Virus record (IMG/VR): IMGVR_UViG_3300020160_001966
Location: 32,001 to 96,000 of that record
Strand: one strand, 5' to 3'
Source: a virus
DNA length: 64,000 nt
Under the pieces are notes generated by a model that did no database searches, was not told where the DNA came from, and was given only the letters and a program-made list of their open reading frames with translations. A program made the position numbers and the translations under genes. Positions 19,147 through 28,603 of the stretch are shown piece after piece (the first letter of the stretch is position 1; each line of letters starts with the position of its first letter).

Positions 19147-19993
19147 TACCACATATTTAAGGATAAAATATCCTTTAACGCCATATCCTTCTTATCATCA
19201 AGGTTTGTATTTAGAAGAATATTTTTGTGATTATTTTATAAAAAATTGTTTACACGAAGTATATGATAGATATTACCTTCCTATATTTTGGACCAACATA
19301 TATTTAAAAAATTGGTTACACAATTACAGAAACCCAGTGCTGCAATGTTTCTTAGACACTTTGCCAAAAAATCAAAAATATTTCACCGTTTGTCAACACG
19401 ATGACGCTCCTTCTGAAAATATAGATGGTTTTGACATCAAAGTTTTTTCCGCTGGTGGTAATTATTCTAAAGGCATACCAATACCTTTAATATGCGCCCC
19501 GATGAATGTCGATAATATTATAAAGGATAAAAATATTTTTTGCAGTTTTGTCGGATCTTTAACACATGATGTTAGGAAAAAATTTATAGAAACATATAAA
19601 AATGATGAGGAATTTTACATATCTTCCAGAGAATGGAATTATGGAATAAACGCGCAACAATTAGATTTATTCTCAAATATAACATCCAAGTCTCATTTTA
19701 CTATATGTGCGAGAGGTTATGGTAAACAAAGTTTTAGATTTTACGAGACTTTACAATTAAGAAGCATACCAGTATACATTTATGATAATGATCCATATCT
19801 GCCTTTTTCGGACGTTATTGATTATAATTCTTTTTCTATAATACTAAATGTTAAAGATATTGGCAAATTAAAAGATATTTTAAAGTCTATTGATTTTAAT
19901 AAAAGGATTGAAATGATTGAAAAGGGATGGGAAATATATAAAAATTTCTTCACTTTTGAAAAAGTAACAGAAAGAATTTTAAAAAATGTCTAA
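19118..19993 (+). CDS. Second exostosin-family (GT47) glycosyltransferase
   Basis: FCSFVGSLTHDVR...FTICARGYGKQSFRFYETLQLRSIPVYI. Confidence 0.85.
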   Translation: MKLQEKLLFDTTYLRIKYPLTPYPSYHQGLYLEEYFCDYFIKNCLHEVYDRYYLPIFWTNIYLKNWLHNYRNPVLQCFLDTLPKNQKYFTVCQHDDAPSENIDGFDIKVFSAGGNYSKGIPIPLICAPMNVDNIIKDKNIFCSFVGSLTHDVRKKFIETYKNDEEFYISSREWNYGINAQQLDLFSNITSKSHFTICARGYGKQSFRFYETLQLRSIPVYIYDNDPYLPFSDVIDYNSFSIILNVKDIGKLKDILKSIDFNKRIEMIEKGWEIYKNFFTFEKVTERILKNV

Positions 19994-20759
19994 TACGAAT
20001 GGTGTAATATATTTTGAAGGTGTTGGTAAAAATAAAGGAGGATTATGTGACAGGTTAAAAGGTATGTATTCTTGTTGGATTTTATCCGAAAAATTGAATA
20101 AAGATTTTATATATAATATACCTCATCCAGTAGCTTTAAAAGTTAAAAATTATAAACAAATAAATAGCGAGGCTTTCACGGAATTGAATGTGATAGATTG
20201 GGAAAATTATTTACAATATTCTTCAAAAATAAAAAATTTGGATTTTCCAGAATTAAATTATAAAATACACACAAATATTGATTTCTCTAACGATTTCAAT
20301 CATTATAATAGTTTTCAAATTTTTATAAAACAATTTTTCAATTTAAATCAATTTGAAAAAGAACATAATGTTCAAAAATACGATATAGGTATACATGTAA
20401 GATGTGGTGGAGAAATGGTTGAATGGAACGATTATGATTTTGGTAAAAAAATAATAGAAACGGAATTTAAAAAAAGATTGGAAGAAATAGCAAATTTTAA
20501 AAAAGAAATATTTTTATGCTCAGATTCCAAAAAAGTTTTAGATATGGTTGATAGTTATAATATAAAAAACATATACTTGAGTCCATATGAACCCAATCAT
20601 ATTGATAGAGGTTTCAATGTTACAGAAAATGACTATATTTCAACTTTTTATGATCTATTGACTTTGGCTAATTGTCGATCAATATATGCGACTCTCGGAG
20701 AGTTTGCTAAAACATCTTCTAGAATTTACAACAATGAATTACAATATTTTTACAACTGA
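19986..20759 (+). CDS. Fucosyltransferase-like GT-B protein (NodZ/O-FucT-like)
   Basis: GGLCDRLKG, IGIHVR, IFLCSD, DLLTLANC: the motif I/II/III pattern of inverting fucosyltransferases. Confidence 0.65.
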   Translation: MSNTNGVIYFEGVGKNKGGLCDRLKGMYSCWILSEKLNKDFIYNIPHPVALKVKNYKQINSEAFTELNVIDWENYLQYSSKIKNLDFPELNYKIHTNIDFSNDFNHYNSFQIFIKQFFNLNQFEKEHNVQKYDIGIHVRCGGEMVEWNDYDFGKKIIETEFKKRLEEIANFKKEIFLCSDSKKVLDMVDSYNIKNIYLSPYEPNHIDRGFNVTENDYISTFYDLLTLANCRSIYATLGEFAKTSSRIYNNELQYFYN

Positions 20760-21654
20760 AAAAGAACAATATCTAGTGGGTAATATCGAGTATGGTGGTT
20801 TTGGGGCCATGTATGCTAGAAGAAAACTCATAATGCAAATAGCTCAAGCCTTTAACAGAATACCCATCTTTAGATATTCTAAAGATTATGTATACGATGA
20901 TCCATTTTTAGAATTTAATCCAAATATAAATGATTTAAAAAATAAAGGCATAAAAGAAATTAAAAAATTTGATTTCACTGATAATGATGAGGTAGCGGTT
21001 TTTTTCGATTTCGGTTCGTATTGGAATAGTGAAAACATGCATAAGTATCAATGCTGGAGTCCTGATAAAGAAGATTATGTTCAATATTCTGGATATATGT
21101 ACAATCTTTTAAAGTTAAAGGAAGAATATTCATTAAAGGTAGAAGAAAAGATAGATTTTTTAAAACATAAGTATGATATAAAATCTTTCGATGATTATAT
21201 AGCAATACATTTAAGAAGAGGCGATAAAATAACAGAAACTAATTACATTAACGATGTTACATTGTTTGATTATGTGGAAAATTTAAACATAGGGAATAAA
21301 ATTTTTGTTACTAGCGATGAGTTGGATTATATATATGAAATTGAGCAAAAATATCCAAATTTTGAATTTATTTACGATTCTGAAGAAAAAAGATATGGGA
21401 ATAAAACTATTTCTAATGTTGATATGGTGGCTATGAATCCTTCATTAAAAGAACAAGAGACTTTAACATTTGTAAAAAATGTGGAGATTTTAAAAAGATG
21501 TAAAGTTGTTATTGGACCTCATAGCGCACAAATGACTAAAATAGCAGGTTCTATGAATTCTTATTTAAAAAATAAAAAGACTTTGCTTCTTATAAATACA
21601 GAAAGCGATAAATGGGAATTAGAGACTATGGGTAGCTCTGAGCAAACTGCTTAA
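20734..21654 (+). CDS. alpha-1,6-fucosyltransferase (FUT8/GT23)-like protein
   Basis: YGGFGAM, IAIHLRRGDK (FUT8 has VHVRRTDK), IFVTSDE, VEILKRC. Start refined to the ATG at 20734. Confidence 0.7.
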   Translation: MNYNIFTTEKEQYLVGNIEYGGFGAMYARRKLIMQIAQAFNRIPIFRYSKDYVYDDPFLEFNPNINDLKNKGIKEIKKFDFTDNDEVAVFFDFGSYWNSENMHKYQCWSPDKEDYVQYSGYMYNLLKLKEEYSLKVEEKIDFLKHKYDIKSFDDYIAIHLRRGDKITETNYINDVTLFDYVENLNIGNKIFVTSDELDYIYEIEQKYPNFEFIYDSEEKRYGNKTISNVDMVAMNPSLKEQETLTFVKNVEILKRCKVVIGPHSAQMTKIAGSMNSYLKNKKTLLLINTESDKWELETMGSSEQTA

Positions 21655-22432
21655 AAATATTTTTCATAATAGTCTTGACTTGTTGTTCTGATGTATCTGG
21701 AACACAATTATTCCAAGCTGGTAAGACTCCATGTTTTTGTTTGAAATATTCAGCCCCCCTTTGAATATTATCAGACCAGTCTTTTCTAGGTCTAATTGTA
21801 CTGCTATTTTCCGAACATTCTATTTCATCCAAATATTCACAACTATTGGCCAGATCAGGCCAATTCCAATAAGGTGTGGTATAGCCTTCCTTTGAAATTC
21901 TATAAGAATGCTCAACATGCTCAAACGCATTTACAAAATTTTCATCTATAGTTCCACATTTATATAGAACTTCTCTACTATAATAACAGAACGCCCCAAC
22001 ACTGTGAGTATTTATAGACAATTTTATATCCCCATAATCCACTATATATCTAGGACAAGGTTTCCCCTTAGATACCCCATTTTTATTAGCTGGACCATGA
22101 TATGCAAAACAAAAATGTTGTATACCAGTTATTTTTCTAGCACGAATATATTCGTTAAAAACATTCGGGTCTTTTACAATTATATCGTCTTCAATAATAA
22201 AAATATGGTCCGCTCCAGATTTAATAGCATTTTGAAATAAAATATTTTTACTTTTACCCACTCCCAAATTTGTTTTATTTTTTATATAAAAATCATTTCT
22301 TTCAACCTCAACATCGATCTTACCATCATTAACAACTCCAATAAAATCAACATTATTAGATTTTTTAACAGATTGATAACATTTTTTAAAAAAATCTGTT
22401 CTATCGCAAGTAACTATTCCAACAAATACCAT
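21626..22432 (-). CDS. GT2-family glycosyltransferase
   Basis: VGIVTCDR, GVGKSKN, IFIIEDD, IDENF..AFEHVEHSYR. Confidence 0.85.
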   Translation of the reverse strand: MVFVGIVTCDRTDFFKKCYQSVKKSNNVDFIGVVNDGKIDVEVERNDFYIKNKTNLGVGKSKNILFQNAIKSGADHIFIIEDDIIVKDPNVFNEYIRARKITGIQHFCFAYHGPANKNGVSKGKPCPRYIVDYGDIKLSINTHSVGAFCYYSREVLYKCGTIDENFVNAFEHVEHSYRISKEGYTTPYWNWPDLANSCEYLDEIECSENSSTIRPRKDWSDNIQRGAEYFKQKHGVLPAWNNCVPDTSEQQVKTIMKNIFKQFAQSYP

Positions 22433-22454
22433 ACTTGTTTAACTTATCTCCAAA

Positions 22455-22462
22455 TATAAATA
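22455..22462 (+). promoter_or_regulatory. T4-type late promoter TATAAATA
   Basis: 6 nt before the ATG at 22469. Confidence 0.75.
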
Positions 22463-22468
22463 ATTCAA

Positions 22469-22804
22469 ATGGCTGATGGAATTAATATTAGAATTTTACC
22501 AAGAACTGAAGTTTTAGATCCTCAAGATCTTTTTATTTTGGACAATAAATTTTTAGGAACACAAACACTGGCTTTCAGTTCTGTGGTTCTTTCTGGTTCT
22601 CAAGTATCCTTTTATTCAGATTTTTTAAAATTATCATCTTATACCACAAGCACTTTACTTAGTGGAGGTATATCACCTTCTGGTAACATAATACCATCAA
22701 AAGAAGGTATTATATATTATTCGTCAAATACAAAAGATTTATTCGTTTCCGTTGGAAGATATTCTGAAAAAGACTGGAAGAGAATATTAACAGTAAATTA
22801 TTAA
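22469..22804 (+). CDS. Small probable structural protein (tail-fibre-like N-terminal motif)
   Basis: Late promoter; 'IRILPRTEVLDPQDLFILD' resembles 'I.DLP...D.D...I' fibre anchors. Confidence 0.5.
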   Translation: MADGINIRILPRTEVLDPQDLFILDNKFLGTQTLAFSSVVLSGSQVSFYSDFLKLSSYTTSTLLSGGISPSGNIIPSKEGIIYYSSNTKDLFVSVGRYSEKDWKRILTVNY

Positions 22805-22806
22805 AT

Positions 22807-23376
22807 ATGGCATTATACAATACTAAAAGCGTTAAAGATTTACCACAAGTTGAAGAAGTTATAGATGGCAATTATCTTCTTATTGAAAATGATTTGGGTA
22901 CCAATATTATAGATTTTAAAGATTTTGTAATAGGTCCAAATAATGCATCTTTTTATAACACTATAGTATCATTATGTTCTAGATCCATTTCAATGTCTGC
23001 CACAGTAGACACTAAGTTACAATCAACGAGTGCCAAAATAGTCGAGGAAAATAACACTAAGATAGATGCATTAACAGCAAATTATCCTAGATATTTTGTA
23101 GTTTATCCGAAGAATCAATTAACAGTGGTTCAAGGCTTGAGATATGGTCAAACCATATTTAATAGTGAATTGGCGAGCATTGTTCCAGCCGATGTTAATG
23201 TGATACCAACCAATACATATGCTGCAAACATGAATTGGGTATTATTGTTATCGAGCACACAAAATCCAGGTAATCCTCCAAGCCCAACGCCTTACAGTTA
23301 CACAATAACAATTTCCTCAACGACTACACTTTCTCAAAATGCGGAGTTCGATTTACGAGTTTTAACCTTTTATTAA
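22807..23376 (+). CDS. Probable structural protein (tail-fibre-like N-terminal motif)
   Basis: SVKDLPQVEEVIDGNYLLIENDLGTNIIDFKDF anchor motif; co-transcribed with the previous gene. Confidence 0.5.
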   Translation: MALYNTKSVKDLPQVEEVIDGNYLLIENDLGTNIIDFKDFVIGPNNASFYNTIVSLCSRSISMSATVDTKLQSTSAKIVEENNTKIDALTANYPRYFVVYPKNQLTVVQGLRYGQTIFNSELASIVPADVNVIPTNTYAANMNWVLLLSSTQNPGNPPSPTPYSYTITISSTTTLSQNAEFDLRVLTFY

Positions 23377-23379
23377 TTT

Positions 23380-23589
23380 TTATTTTAAATGAAAATGTAA
23401 GGCTTTTGTAATTTTTCTCAAAATATCTCTATCAGATACCTTCTCGGCCTTTAATCTAGTTACTTCCTTTTTAAACGCATTAACAAATTCAGAAGATAAA
23501 TTAAAATTTCTAGGGTAAAACATCCTAGACTTTGTTAATATTGAACCGTAACTCTCTAAAACTGTATTGACTTTTTTATAAAACTTCAC
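23380..23589 (-). CDS. Small late protein with a CTS-like leader
   Basis: GTG start 5 nt after a perfect TATAAATA (23595-23602); MKFYKKVNTVLE. Confidence 0.6.
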   Translation of the reverse strand: MKFYKKVNTVLESYGSILTKSRMFYPRNFNLSSEFVNAFKKEVTRLKAEKVSDRDILRKITKALHFHLK

Positions 23590-23597
23590 ATTATTAT

Positions 23598-24305
23598 TTA
23601 TATCTTAATAATAGGAGTTTTCTCATCGTTCAAAGCTTCTTTTTGTTCATACAAAAGCTTTTGCATTTCTGCCAATTCGTTAATATCTAAAAGAGATTGA
23701 TCCTCACCATACATATTACCATCATCTGTAACATACATGGCTATTTGAGCAATTCTTTCATGCGGTTGACCATATATGTCGATAATAGCTGGTGCATTAT
23801 CTTTTTCAAAGAAAGGTAGTTCTTCAGCACCTTTTTTATACTTCTTTAAGATTGCTTTAAATAAATTATCAATTTCTTCAACGTATTTAGGATCAACTTC
23901 TCTTACACCATTCTTTTCAATAGGAGGCATTAAATCTCTAGTACATATGAAAATGACATCGAAATGCGCCATCGATTTCCTAACTTTAAATAAAGAATTT
24001 TCTATAAATTTATCGTTAAAACCTTTAACTCCATTACCATAACACCACATGGAATATATTAAATTATCTAAAGGACATCTATCAAAAACAACATTTTGAT
24101 GCAATGTGTAGGGTTCAGCTTCAGCGCATAAGATGTCTAAAATTTCTTCCTGCAATTTTGGAGTAGTATTTTTAGAATGATTTTTCTTTTTAATCAATTT
24201 CCTATAATTACTATTAATTAGTTGATATTTAGGCCATTTTTGCAAAAAATGTTGAATTATTGTACTTTTACCAGTACATGCGGCTCCACTAAATGCAATT
24301 CTCAT
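23598..24305 (-). CDS. P-loop nucleotide kinase/ATPase (AAA_28, NMP-kinase-like)
   Basis: MRIAFSGAACTGKST Walker A; VVFDRCPLDNLIYS kinase motif. Confidence 0.75.
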   Translation of the reverse strand: MRIAFSGAACTGKSTIIQHFLQKWPKYQLINSNYRKLIKKKNHSKNTTPKLQEEILDILCAEAEPYTLHQNVVFDRCPLDNLIYSMWCYGNGVKGFNDKFIENSLFKVRKSMAHFDVIFICTRDLMPPIEKNGVREVDPKYVEEIDNLFKAILKKYKKGAEELPFFEKDNAPAIIDIYGQPHERIAQIAMYVTDDGNMYGEDQSLLDINELAEMQKLLYEQKEALNDEKTPIIKI

Positions 24306-24359
24306 AATGATATATTATCTCAAAAATTACAATATTCAACTAAAATATATTACCAAACA

Positions 24360-25595
24360 TTATCTAGATTGTATTCTAGCAGGAGGTCTATCTGCTGTAG
24401 GAGATTGTTGTTGTCTAACAGAAGGTCTATTAGTTGTTTGAGACTCTTGGCTGTTCTTCTCATCTTCCTTTTTACCACCTGAGAAAAAGTTTTTAATCGA
24501 TGTGCCAACATCTCCAGCAAAATTGGAAGCAGAACCAGCGGCACCGCTCATTCCAGATTGTGGTCTAAAATCTTTACCTTCTCTTCTAACCTGAACATAT
24601 TCTGGTTTATTATACTCACCTCTACCTTTTTTTGGATTTCTGATATATAATTGAGTTTTTGGATTATTAACATCTTCCTGTGTTGCTGGTCTATATTTCC
24701 CACCACCCATATCAACATATGATGGAAGAGTGTCTTTTCCAAATTTGATAGGCGTTGGTACTTGATATTTTGGGGTCTGATCCGATGTTGTGGGTGTCGT
24801 TGAAGATCCTTGAACATTTCTTCCTAAAGTAGCTGCATTTTTATAATCAGATGAAGCATATGCCTTGTTTATGATGGGTTGAAACTTTTTAACATCATCT
24901 GGATTGTTTATATCGAATCTTTTACCGTTATTATCGTAAAATTGTTTTAAAGCAGATTTTAATACTTCATTTTTACCTTTATCTAATGAACTTGCTGAAT
25001 CATATTCACCACCCATGTATTTTTTAAACACATTTTTAAGTCTTTCATCAGCGGCTAATTCAGCTTCACTTCCAGTAGCTTGTGTCGTTTTTTCCGCTTC
25101 TGAAGATACTTCATTTCCAGCAGTTTCTTGTGACGGCGCGGCATCTACTCCACCATCTGGTACACTCACAGGTTCAATTTCTTCTATAGATGCATCTTTG
25201 CCAGCAGTGGGAGTTTCACTTTCAACTTCTTCTGGAGTATCACCAGAGTTTATTATCTCTATTACAACTGGTTGAAAATCTGAATTATAAACACTTGGAA
25301 ATACAGTTACTAAATTGTTTTGAAATTCTCTAAAAGCATTTGTGGCTTTTTGATCATTGGAATTTAGATAAGCTTTACCAGCATCTGTATTTGCAGCATC
25401 TTTATATCCATTTAAAAATTCCAAAGCTTTTTCATACATGCTAACGCCGCCAGGTGTTTCGACTTTAGGATTATTTAAAAATTCCTTTTTTTGTTCTTCG
25501 GATAAATTTGAAAAATAATTGTTAAATTTAATTATTTTAGAAATTACATCTTCCATGTTATTTTCATTCTGTTCTCTCAATATTTTATATTTCAT
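24360..25595 (-). CDS. Large low-complexity protein with a CTS-like leader (candidate internal/ejection protein)
   Basis: Start refined to the ATG at 25595 (MKYKILRE), just downstream of the 25603 stop; acidic and Ser/Thr/Gly-rich linkers. Confidence 0.55.
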   Translation of the reverse strand: MKYKILREQNENNMEDVISKIIKFNNYFSNLSEEQKKEFLNNPKVETPGGVSMYEKALEFLNGYKDAANTDAGKAYLNSNDQKATNAFREFQNNLVTVFPSVYNSDFQPVVIEIINSGDTPEEVESETPTAGKDASIEEIEPVSVPDGGVDAAPSQETAGNEVSSEAEKTTQATGSEAELAADERLKNVFKKYMGGEYDSASSLDKGKNEVLKSALKQFYDNNGKRFDINNPDDVKKFQPIINKAYASSDYKNAATLGRNVQGSSTTPTTSDQTPKYQVPTPIKFGKDTLPSYVDMGGGKYRPATQEDVNNPKTQLYIRNPKKGRGEYNKPEYVQVRREGKDFRPQSGMSGAAGSASNFAGDVGTSIKNFFSGGKKEDEKNSQESQTTNRPSVRQQQSPTADRPPARIQSR

Positions 25596-25602
25596 AATAC
25601 TA

Positions 25603-26400
25603 TTAAAAAGTGGGTTCTGGCAAGTTTGCACTTGAAGATGATCTTTTAGGTTTAGGTGATGGTTTAGGGGATGGGGAAGGCGATGCTTTAGGAGTTGCTT
25701 TTGAAGATGGTGAGGGGGTTGGTTTTGGTGATGGTTTACCATTCTCGGAATCTTGAGGTTGATTTTCATCAGATGATGTAGACATCGCAACATTCGCACC
25801 AACATGTGCCAATAATGTTCTAGCACCAATAGCACCTAAAACTGCAACTAAAATTTCTTGCATATTTTTTGGTGAAGATTTAAATATTGTTTTAAAACCA
25901 TTTATAAATTCTGGTTTTGAAAAAATAATATTTAGTATTTTTTGAATAATAGCCATTATACCTTTAAAAACATAAGCATTTTTGGATGCAGCACTTATAG
26001 CAGAACCGCCTTTCCAAGCCACTTTCAAAACCTTTAATCTACCAATCATTGGTATTGAGAAGAATATACTCAATAAAAGTTCAAATTTATTTTCATCTGA
26101 AGGATCGGATTGGTATTTTTTTAAATTTTTTTCAACATCTGGCCAACTGGTAATGCCTGTTGGATCAAGACATGATAAAAATTCCCCAATTGGATGTTCG
26201 AGTATTCCTTGCAAATCGATCAATCCATCAGTGCTTCTTTTTATGGATTCCATAAAATCTGAAGTTAAACTATATTTTCCAGAAAAATATCCTGCTATCG
26301 GTGCTGCTATAGCGGCTAACAACGCTAACGGCACTGCTTCATTTATAAGTTGTACATTATTTTTATAATTTTCAAAAATTAACTCGCAGTCTTTATTCAT
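25603..26400 (-). CDS. Candidate ejection/membrane-inserting internal protein
   Basis: MNKDCELIFENY...LINE leader followed by hydrophobic AVPLALLAAIAAPIAG; DPTG...IPMIG motif; PSPKP-repeat tail. Confidence 0.5.
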   Translation of the reverse strand: MNKDCELIFENYKNNVQLINEAVPLALLAAIAAPIAGYFSGKYSLTSDFMESIKRSTDGLIDLQGILEHPIGEFLSCLDPTGITSWPDVEKNLKKYQSDPSDENKFELLLSIFFSIPMIGRLKVLKVAWKGGSAISAASKNAYVFKGIMAIIQKILNIIFSKPEFINGFKTIFKSSPKNMQEILVAVLGAIGARTLLAHVGANVAMSTSSDENQPQDSENGKPSPKPTPSPSSKATPKASPSPSPKPSPKPKRSSSSANLPEPTF

Positions 26401-26473
26401 AATATCTTTATTTATTTAGTTTTTTTTTATTTATGATATCAATTTAAGGTTTGAGTTTATAATACAAATATTT

Positions 26474-27067
26474 TTAATTATATACAAGAGCAGGATTCCT
26501 CCAGACACTACCATCCCACCATTCAAAACCTTGAAGATTCTTTTTATAGGACAAAAAATGTACATAGTATTGAGATATGTATAAATACTCGTAACCTTCT
26601 TTGAATAATTTGTCTATCATAAAATAATAAGATAGAGTTCCATAAGAATGTTTTTTACTCGACTCATCCCAAACCATCATTGGAAAGTAAGGTATATTAT
26701 CTCTAAAATATAAAAGTCCGCAAAAACAATCATCGAAAAAGAATTTGAAAGTATTGGGGTCTTCTAGAAGAATAGGTAAAGTTATACTACAGTATTTTTC
26801 TTTATTCGCCATTTGAGCGATTTCCAGTACATCTTTATCATATGTTATATTAATTTTTGAAAGTCTTTTCTGTCTTTTTTTAGATATGGGTTTTAATTTC
26901 AACCTCGAAGATCTAACTTGATACCAAGAATCGCTTTTAGGAAATTCAGGCAACCACCCGTTCTCAAACATATATTCGGATGTTTCATGCTCTTGTTTTG
27001 CTGTAACAGTCAAATAATTGTGTCCATCGGTATACAAGCCGTCATTGTGATCAAAAAAAATTTTCAT
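26474..27067 (-). CDS. Aminoacyl-tRNA-protein transferase-like protein (ATE1/Bpt fold)
   Basis: ENGW at the N-terminus. SYGTLSYYFMI...GYEYLYISQYY...SYKKNLQGFEWWDG..W parallels the ATE_C pattern SLG.YS.L..I...YLYLGY.I....M.YK..F.P.E....W. Confidence 0.65.
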   Translation of the reverse strand: MKIFFDHNDGLYTDGHNYLTVTAKQEHETSEYMFENGWLPEFPKSDSWYQVRSSRLKLKPISKKRQKRLSKINITYDKDVLEIAQMANKEKYCSITLPILLEDPNTFKFFFDDCFCGLLYFRDNIPYFPMMVWDESSKKHSYGTLSYYFMIDKLFKEGYEYLYISQYYVHFLSYKKNLQGFEWWDGSVWRNPALVYN

Positions 27068-27812
27068 TTGTTTTTTTAAATTTTAATTCAAAAGGCTCCA
27101 CATAAGGATAACCATCTTCTATATAAAGTTTGTTGTAATTTAAAATTTCATCAGTATGGTACTTTATACTTCTTTCGCCAAATGAAAAATTGACTTCTGG
27201 TAAGTGATTAACGCTTAAACATTCAAAACCATATTTTTCAGCTATTTTTATCACATTAGATACAGTTTGGGGATAGTACTTGAAAAAATTTTCATAATAT
27301 TTCCTATTTTGTGTTTTTTCAAAAGTATCAGAAACATCAAACGTTTCTTTTAGAAATAAAATTCCTCCGTCTGCAAGAACTATATTACAATTTTTTAAAG
27401 TATTTTCTATTTTGGAGTGAAATAAACTCTCTAAAAAAACACAATGGGTCATGTCTTTTCCAGTATAATTTTCCATGTCTTCGACTTTAAATACGCAATT
27501 TGGAAAATTTGTTCTGGCTTGTTTTACACATTCTTCACTATTAGAAATGCCTTCAGCGTAACATATTTTACTTAATTTATCAACCATATAACCTGTACCA
27601 CATCCCATATCAACTACCCTAGAATTTTTGTCGATACCGCTTTGCTTGATAATATGATCCATGAATTCTTTTTCATCTTTACCCACTGCAAAATTGCAAT
27701 AAAAGGGAACCTCTAATGGATGACTAAGCAATCCAATTTGAGCGTTGTAAAATTCTCTAGCGTCTTTCCAAGGAACTTCTATTGTTATATAATTCTCACC
27801 AATTTCGGTCAT
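27051..27812 (-). CDS. Class I SAM methyltransferase (sterol/CMAS/amine-MT-like)
   Basis: VVDMGCGTG, GISNSEE, VEDM, FLESLFH, GGILFLKE. Confidence 0.85.
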   Translation of the reverse strand: MTEIGENYITIEVPWKDAREFYNAQIGLLSHPLEVPFYCNFAVGKDEKEFMDHIIKQSGIDKNSRVVDMGCGTGYMVDKLSKICYAEGISNSEECVKQARTNFPNCVFKVEDMENYTGKDMTHCVFLESLFHSKIENTLKNCNIVLADGGILFLKETFDVSDTFEKTQNRKYYENFFKYYPQTVSNVIKIAEKYGFECLSVNHLPEVNFSFGERSIKYHTDEILNYNKLYIEDGYPYVEPFELKFKKTNENFF

Positions 27813-27850
27813 ATGTATTATATACTAATAATAAATAAAATTACAAAATA

Positions 27851-28597
27851 TTATTTATTAATAAAATTTTGTAATTTCTTACCACTCTCAGAATTTGATA
27901 TAGCACCCCATGCTTGAGATAATGTTCCTTGTAAAGCTTTTTGCATTGCAGATGTTGAAAAATCCATAACAGCGTTTCCAGCATTTTGTAAAGTATCTTT
28001 CCAAGAATTATTTTCTGGTGGCGTGGTATTACCATCTTTATCAACATTTTCTTCTTTATCATCTGGAATTGTATTATTCTGTTCTATTCCAACCTTAGAA
28101 GATCTTGCAACTCCAAGATGAACGTGATCATAATGATTACCACCAACATTTGATAACCAAATAATCTGGATTCTAAAACCATCTGGTGTATAATATTTGA
28201 AATCTCTACCCTCATAAGGTTTCCAAGAAGTAACATTTGCTCCACAATTTCTAGCAACAGCTATTGCAAATTGCGTTCCAGCCTCAACGTTTCCATTAAA
28301 TGTCGTATTCAAACCAAAATCTGCTGCATATGCTGTCGTATTTCCAACATAATGATCTGACATATACCCCGATTTCGTATTTTTTGTCCCCCTTTTTAAA
28401 GAATATGCTTTCCAATTACCCATGGGTAAAAGCGATATAAGTTTTGGCATGGAACCTCCCCAATCCCCATTTGAACCTCCAGCACTAGGTTGACCAGATG
28501 CATTTGCAACACCCACCAATGACCCTAAAGGGTTTTTATATGCCTCAAGAATAATATTATATTGTTTTAATATATTATGTGTGTCGGAATTAAACAT
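27851..28597 (-). CDS. M15-like Zn peptidase domain protein with a CTS-like leader
   Basis: SDHYVG...AADF and GNHYDHVHLG (H...D...HxH); leader ends in IILE. Confidence 0.6.
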   Translation of the reverse strand: MFNSDTHNILKQYNIILEAYKNPLGSLVGVANASGQPSAGGSNGDWGGSMPKLISLLPMGNWKAYSLKRGTKNTKSGYMSDHYVGNTTAYAADFGLNTTFNGNVEAGTQFAIAVARNCGANVTSWKPYEGRDFKYYTPDGFRIQIIWLSNVGGNHYDHVHLGVARSSKVGIEQNNTIPDDKEENVDKDGNTTPPENNSWKDTLQNAGNAVMDFSTSAMQKALQGTLSQAWGAISNSESGKKLQNFINK

Positions 28598-28603
28598 ATT
28601 CGA

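Noticed and set aside
25596-25835. 80-aa N-terminal extension of the 24360 ORF in the track
   Set aside because: It overlaps the 25603-26400 gene out of frame; the ATG at 25595 gives a typical leader and clean coupling.
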